Below are positions 57,050 to 64,000 of a DNA stretch of 64,000 nucleotides, one piece after another; the stretch's first letter is position 1, and each line of letters opens with the position of its first letter. The notes below the pieces were generated by a model. It was not told the origin of the DNA. It ran no database searches and saw only the letters and a list, made by a program, of their open reading frames with translations. The translations under genes and the position numbers were made by a program. This DNA is from Eledone cirrhosa (taxonomy: Eukaryota). The stretch is from positions 236,592,001-236,656,000 of the forward strand of contig OZ024743.1 in assembly GCA_964016885.1 (NCBI GenBank), in the 5' to 3' direction.

Positions 57050-60000
57050 TCTCCTATACTACTGGTTGTATGTTCCTTCAGTCAATCTCCTATACTACAG
57101 GTTGTATGTTCCTTCAGTCAATCTCCAATACTACAGGTTGTATGTTCCTTCAGTCAATCTCCTATACTACGGATTGTATGTTCCTTCAGTCAATCTCCTA
57201 TACTACGGATTGTATGTTCTTTCAGTTAATCTCCTATACTACTGGTTGTATGTTCCTTCAGTTAATCTCTTATACTACTGGTTGTATGTTCCTTCAGTCA
57301 ATCTCCTATACTACAGGTTGTATATTCCTTCAGTCAATCTCCTATACTACAGGTTGTATATTCTTTCAGTTAATCTCCTATACTACAGGTTGTATATTCC
57401 TTCAGTTAATCTCCTATACTACGGATTGTATATTCCTTCAGTTAATCTCCTATACTACTGGTTGTATATTCCTTCAGTCAATCTCCTATACTACGGATTG
57501 TATATTCCTTCAGTCAATCTCCTATACTACGGATTGTATATTCCTTCAATTAATCTCCTATATTATTTGTTGTATGTTCCTTCAGTCAATCTCCTATACT
57601 ACAGGTTGTATTTACCTTCAGTCAATCTCCAATACTACAGGTTGTATGTTCCTTCAGTCAATCTCCTATACTACAGGTTGTATATTCCTTCAGTCAATCT
57701 CCTATACTACAGGTTGTATATTCCTTCAGTCAATCTCCTATACTACGGATTGTATGTTCCTGCAGTCAATCTCCTATACTACTGGTTGTATGTTCCTTCA
57801 GTCAATCTTTTATACTACGGGTTGTATGTTCCTTCAGTCAATCTCCTATACTACTGGTTGTATGTTCCTTCAGTCAATCTCCTATACTACAGGTTGTATG
57901 TTCCTTCAGTCAATCTCCTATACTACAGGTTGTATGTTCCATCAGTCAATCTCGTATACAACTGGTTGTATGTTCCTTCAGTCAATCTCCTATACTACGG
58001 ATTGCATGTTCCTTCAGTCAATCCCCAATACTACTGGTTGTATGTTCCTTTAGTCAATCTCCTATACAACTGGTTGTATATTCCTTCAGTCAATCTCCTA
58101 TACTACTGGTTGTATGTTCCTTCAGTCAATCTCCTATACTACAGGTTGTATGTTCCTTCAGTCAATCTCCTATACTACGGGTTGTATTTTCCTTCAGTCA
58201 ATCCCCTATACTACTGGTTGTATATTCCTTCAGTCAATCTCCTATAGTACAGGTTGTATGTTCCTTCAGTCAATCTCCTATACAACTGGTTGTATGTTCC
58301 TTCAGTCAATCTCCTATACTACGGATTGCATGTTCCTTCAGTCAATCTCTTATACTACGGGTTGTATGTTCCTTCAGTCAATCTCCTATACTACAGGTTG
58401 TATGTTCCTTCAGTCAATCTCCTATACTACAGGTTGTATGTTCCTTCAGTCAATCTCCTATACTACAGGTTGTATGTTCCTTCAGTCAATCTCCTATACA
58501 ACTGGTTGTATGTTCCTTCAGTCAATCTCCTATACTACGGATTGCATGTTCCTTCAGTCAATCCCCAATACTACTGGTTGTATGTTCCTTCAGTCAATCT
58601 CCTATACAACTGGTTGTATATTCCTTCAGTCAATCTCCTATACTACAGGTTGTATATTCCTTCAGTCAATCTCCTATACTACAGGTTGTATGTTCCTTCA
58701 GTCAATCTCCTATACTACTGGTTGTATATTCCTTCAGTCAATATCTTATACTACAGGTTGTATGTTCCTTCAGTCAATCTCCTATACTACAGGTTGTATG
58801 TTCCTTCAGTCAATCTCCTATACTACTGGTTGTATATACCTTCAGGCAATCTCCTATACTACTGGTTGTATGTTCCTTCAGTCAATCTCCTATACTACTG
58901 GTTGTATGTTCCTTCAGTCAATCTCCTATACGACAGGTTCTATGTTCCTTCAGTCAATCTCCTATACTACTGGTTGTATGTTCCTTCAGTCAATCTCCTA
59001 TACTACGGGTTGTATGTTCCTTCAGTCAATCTCCTATACTACGGGTTGTATATTCCTTCAGTCAATCTCCTATACTACTGGTTGTATATTCCTTCAGTCA
59101 ATCTCCTATACTACGGGTTGTATGTTCCTTCAGTCAATCTCCTATACTACAGGTTGTATCTTCCTTCAGTCAATCTCCTATACTACAGGTTGTATGTTCC
59201 TTCAGTCAATCTCCTATACTACGGGTTTTATGTTCCTTCAGTCAATCTCCTATACTACTGGTTGTATATTCCTTCAGTCAATCTCCTATACTACAGGTTG
59301 TATATTCCTTCAGTTAATCTTCTATACTACAGGTTGTATGTTCCTTCAGTCAATCTCCTATACTACAGGTTGTATGTTCCTTCAGTCAATCTCCTATACT
59401 ACAGGTTGTATGTTCCTTCAGTCAATCTCCTATACTACTGGTTGTATGTTCCTTCAGTCAATCTCCTATACTACAGGTTGTTTGTTCCTTCAGTCAATCT
59501 CCTATACTACAGGTTGTATGTTCCTTCAGTCAATCTCCTATACTACGGATTGTATGTTCCTTCAGTCAATCTCCTATACTACGGATTGTATGTTATTTCA
59601 GTTAATCTCCTATACTACTGGTTGTATGTTCCTTCAGTTAATCTCCTATACTACTGGTTGTATGTTCCTTCAGTCAATCTCCTATACTACAGGTTGTATA
59701 TTCCTTCAGTCAATCTCCTATACTACAGGTTGTATATTCTTTCAGTTAATCTCCTATACTACAGGTTGTATATTCCTTCAGTTAATCTCCTATACTACTG
59801 GTTGTATGTTCCTTCAGTCAATCTCCTATACTACAGGTTGTATGTTCCTTCAGTCAATCTCCAATACTACAGGTTGTATGTTCCTTCAGTCAATCTCCTA
59901 TACTACGGATTGTATGTTCCTTCAGTCAATCTCCTATACTACGGATTGTATGTTCTTTCAGTTAATCTCCTATACTACTGGTTGTATGTTCCTTCAGTTA

Positions 60001-62520
60001 ATCTCTTATACTACTGGTTGTATGTTCCTTCAGTCAATCTCCTATACTACAGGTTGTATATTCCTTCAGTCAATCTCCTATACTACAGGTTGTATATTCT
60101 TTCAGTTAATCTCCTATACTACAGGTTGTATATTCCTTCAGTTAATCTCCTATACTACGGATTGTATATTCCTTCAGTTAATCTCCTATACTACTGGTTG
60201 TATATTCCTTCAGTCAATCTCCTATACTACGGATTGTATATTCCTTCAGTCAATCTCCTATACTACGGATTGTATATTCCTTCAATTAATCTCCTATATT
60301 ATTTGTTGTATGTTCCTTCAGTCAATCTCCTATACTACAGGTTGTATTTACCTTCAGTCAATCTCCAATACTACAGGTTGTATGTTCCTTCAGTCAATCT
60401 CCTATACTACAGGTTGTATATTCCTTCAGTCAATCTCCTATACTACAGGTTGTATATTCCTTCAGTCAATCTCCTATACTACGGATTGTATGTTCCTGCA
60501 GTCAATCTCCTATACTACTGGTTGTATGTTCCTTCAGTCAATCTTTTATACTACGGGTTGTATGTTCCTTCAGTCAATCTCCTATACTACTGGTTGTATG
60601 TTCCTTCAGTCAATCTCCTATACTACAGGTTGTATGTTCCTTCAGTCAATCTCCTATACTACAGGTTGTATGTTCCATCAGTCAATCTCGTATACAACTG
60701 GTTGTATGTTCCTTCAGTCAATCTCCTATACTACGGATTGCATGTTCCTTCAGTCAATCCCCAATACTACTGGTTGTATGTTCCTTTAGTCAATCTCCTA
60801 TACAACTGGTTGTATATTCCTTCAGTCAATCTCCTATACTACTGGTTGTATGTTCCTTCAGTCAATCTCCTATACTACAGGTTGTATGTTCCTTCAGTCA
60901 ATCTCCTATACTACGGGTTGTATTTTCCTTCAGTCAATCCCCTATACTACTGGTTGTATATTCCTTCAGTCAATCTCCTATAGTACAGGTTGTATGTTCC
61001 TTCAGTCAATCTCCTATACAACTGGTTGTATGTTCCTTCAGTCAATCTCCTATACTACGGATTGCATGTTCCTTCAGTCAATCTCTTATACTACGGGTTG
61101 TATGTTCCTTCAGTCAATCTCCTATACTACAGGTTGTATGTTCCTTCAGTCAATCTCCTATACTACAGGTTGTATGTTCCTTCAGTCAATCTCCTATACT
61201 ACAGGTTGTATGTTCCTTCAGTCAATCTCCTATACAACTGGTTGTATGTTCCTTCAGTCAATCTCCTATACTACGGATTGCATGTTCCTTCAGTCAATCC
61301 CCAATACTACTGGTTGTATGTTCCTTCAGTCAATCTCCTATACAACTGGTTGTATATTCCTTCAGTCAATCTCCTATACTACAGGTTGTATATTCCTTCA
61401 GTCAATCTCCTATACTACAGGTTGTATGTTCCTTCAGTCAATCTCCTATACTACTGGTTGTATATTCCTTCAGTCAATATCTTATACTACAGGTTGTATG
61501 TTCCTTCAGTCAATCTCCTATACTACAGGTTGTATGTTCCTTCAGTCAATCTCCTATACTACTGGTTGTATATACCTTCAGGCAATCTCCTATACTACTG
61601 GTTGTATGTTCCTTCAGTCAATCTCCTATACTACTGGTTGTATGTTCCTTCAGTCAATCTCCTATACGACAGGTTCTATGTTCCTTCAGTCAATCTCCTA
61701 TACTACTGGTTGTATGTTCCTTCAGTCAATCTCCTATACTACGGGTTGTATGTTCCTTCAGTCAATCTCCTATACTACGGGTTGTATATTCCTTCAGTCA
61801 ATCTCCTATACTACTGGTTGTATATTCCTTCAGTCAATCTCCTATACTACGGGTTGTATGTTCCTTCAGTCAATCTCCTATACTACAGGTTGTATCTTCC
61901 TTCAGTCAATCTCCTATACTACAGGTTGTATGTTCCTTCAGTCAATCTCCTATACTACGGGTTTTATGTTCCTTCAGTCAATCTCCTATACTACTGGTTG
62001 TATATTCCTTCAGTCAATCTCCTATACTACAGGTTGTATATTCCTTCAGTTAATCTTCTATACTACAGGTTGTATGTTCCTTCAGTCAATCTCCTATACT
62101 ACAGGTTGTATGTTCCTTCAGTCAATCTCCTATACTACAGGTTGTATGTTCCTTCAGTCAATCTCCTATACTACTGGTTGTATGTTCCTTCAGTCAATCT
62201 CCTATACTACAGGTTGTTTGTTCCTTCAGTCAATCTCCTATACTACAGGTTGTATGTTCCTTCAGTCAATCTCCTATACTACGGATTGTATGTTCCTTCA
62301 GTCAATCTCCTATACTACGGATTGTATGTTATTTCAGTTAATCTCCTATACTACTGGTTGTATGTTCCTTCAGTTAATCTCCTATACTACTGGTTGTATG
62401 TTCCTTCAGTCAATCTCCTATACTACAGGTTGTATATTCCTTCAGTCAATCTCCTATACTACAGGTTGTATATTCTTTCAGTTAATCTCCTATACTACAG
62501 GTTGTATATTCCTTCAGTTA
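57050..62520. repeat. Tandem higher-order duplication, offset 2736 bp (76 monomers)
   Basis: ATCTCCAATA 57121/59857, ATCAGTCAATCTCG 57941/60677, TACGAC 58929/61665 and TGTTATTTCA 59591/62327. ORF pairs 58114/60850 and 58254/60990 differ by 2736. Confidence 0.93.
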
Positions 62521-64000
62521 ATCTCCTATACTACGGATTGTATATTCCTTCAGTTAATCTCCTATACTACTGGTTGTATATTTCTTCAGTCAATCTCCTA
62601 TACTACGGATTGTATATTCCTTCAGTCAATCTCCTATACTACGGATTGTATATTCCTTCAATTAATCTCCTATACTATTTGTTGTATGTTCCTTCAGTCA
62701 ATCTCCTATACTACAGGTTGTATTTACCTTCAGTCAATCTCCTATACTACAGGTTGTATGTTCCTTCAGTCAATCTCTTATACTACAGGTTGTATATTCC
62801 TTCAGTCAATCTCCTATACTACAGGTTGTATGTTCCTTCAGTTAATCTCCTATACTACGGGTTGTATGTTCCTTCAGACAACTCCTATACTACAGGTTGT
62901 ATGTTCCTTCAGTCAATCCCCTATACTACGGGTTTTATGTTCCTTCAGTCAATCTCCTATAGTACTGGTTGTATGTTCCTTCAGTCAATCTCCTATACTA
63001 CAGGTTGTATGTTCCTACAGTCAATCTCCTATACTACTGGTTGTATGTTCCTTCAGTCAATCTCCTATACTGCTGGTTGTATGTTCCTTCAGTCAATCTC
63101 CTATACTACTGGTTCTATGTTCATTCAGTCAATCTCCTATACTACGGGTTGTATATTCCTTCAGTCAATCTCCTATACTACTGGTTGTATATTCCTTCAG
63201 TCAATCTCCTCTACTACGGGTTGTATATTCCTTCAGTCAATCTCATATACTACTGGTTGTATGTTCCTTCAGTCAATCTCCTATACTACGGGTTGTATGT
63301 TCCTTCAGTCAATCTCCTATACTACAGGTCGTATGTTCCTTCAGTTAATCTCCTATACTACAGGTTGTATATTCCTTCAGTCAATCTCCTAAACTACAGG
63401 TTGTATATTCCTTCAGTCAATCTCCTATACTACAGGTTGTATGTTCCTTCAGTCAATCTCCTATACTACGGATTGTATATTCCTTCAGTCAATCTCCTAT
63501 ACTACAGGTTGTATGTTCCTTCAGTCAATCTCCTATACTACTGGTTGTATGTTCCTTCAGTCAATCTCCTATACTACGGATTGTATCTTCCTTCAGTCAA
63601 TCTCCTATACTACTGGTTGTATGTTCCTTCAGTCAATCTCCTATACTACGGATTGTATGTTCCTTCAGTCAATCTCCTATACTACAGGTTGTATGTTCCT
63701 TCAGTCAATCTCCTATACTACTGGTGGGATGTTCCTTCAGTCAATCTCCTATACTACTGTTTCTATGTTCCTTCAGTCAATCTCCTATACTACGATTGTA
63801 TATTCCTTCAGTCAATCTCCTATACTACGGATTGTATGTTCCTTCAGTCAATCTCCTATACTACAGGTTGTATGTTCCTTCAGTCAATCTCCTATACTAC
63901 AGGTTGTATGTTCCTTTAGTCAATCTCCTATACTACTGGTTGTATGTTCCATCAGTCAATCTCCTATACTACAGGTTGTATATTCCTTCAGTCAATCTCC

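Larger units (their letters stand above)
1..64000. repeat. 36-bp tandem repeat array (satellite/minisatellite-type), about 1,780 head-to-tail monomers, extending beyond both window edges
   Basis: The unit TGTATGTTCCTTCAGTCAATCTCCTATACTACAGGT recurs every 36 bp from base 1 to 64000 in one orientation. Main variable sites are ATG/ATA, ACA/ACT/ACG, GGT/GAT and GTCAAT/GTTAAT. 64000/36 is about 1,778. No non-repeat sequence seen. Confidence 0.99.

Noticed and set aside
46-63919. Long ORFs (up to 1,888 aa) of MFLQSISYTTGC / YVPSVNLLYYRL / VCSFSQSPILQV repeats as real genes
   Set aside because: They overlap in all three + frames, have no unique N- or C-terminus, start at repeat-internal codons and switch peptide at indels. 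Stop variants (CTTTAG, GGTTGA, TGTAGG, GTTAAT) have been copied many times. This is the expected artefact of a stop-free 36-bp unit.
1-64000. CRISPR array (36-bp repeat length, weak palindrome)
   Set aside because: Monomers abut directly with no unique spacers, and there is no leader or cas gene in the window.
1-64000. Telomeric repeat or G-quadruplex array
   Set aside because: The consensus has no runs of three or more G on either strand and no recognisable telomerase-type unit. The block-wise duplication of variants fits recombination or slippage rather than templated addition.
1-64000. Information-encoding 'code' or diversity-generating cassette system in the order of monomer variants
   Set aside because: The variant order is explained by nested duplications of neighbouring blocks. 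There is no recombinase, reverse transcriptase, expression site or template/variable pair in the window.
1-64000. Pure sequencing artefact (rolling-circle concatemer or collapsed consensus)
   Set aside because: Variants form hierarchical shared haplotypes with private SNPs and consistent indel arithmetic, which random error or a single-template concatemer would not produce. Individual duplications still need read validation.

Overview
The whole 64-kb window is one uninterrupted, head-to-tail tandem repeat (satellite/minisatellite-type DNA) of a 36-bp monomer, consensus TGTATRTTCCTTCAGTCAATCTCCTATACTACDGRT (about 1,780 copies, about 39% GC, pyrimidine-rich on the + strand). Both array ends lie outside the window. 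I found no unique sequence, no orientation switch, no transposon insertion, no RNA gene and no CRISPR spacers. All listed ORFs are a by-product of the monomer: it is 12 codons long and has no TAA/TAG/TGA in any + frame, so I do not call them genes. The readable biology is the array's internal history. Diagnostic SNPs and indels show nested, irregular multi-kb duplications (4032, 2736, 1903, 1692, 648 and 504 bp offsets), three domains differing in indel content, a gradient of variants along the array, a stepwise deletion series, a mutation-cluster monomer and an imperfect dyad in each unit. I cannot support a novel protein-coding or defence system from this sequence. Duplication offsets were derived by hand from marker positions; block boundaries are approximate.
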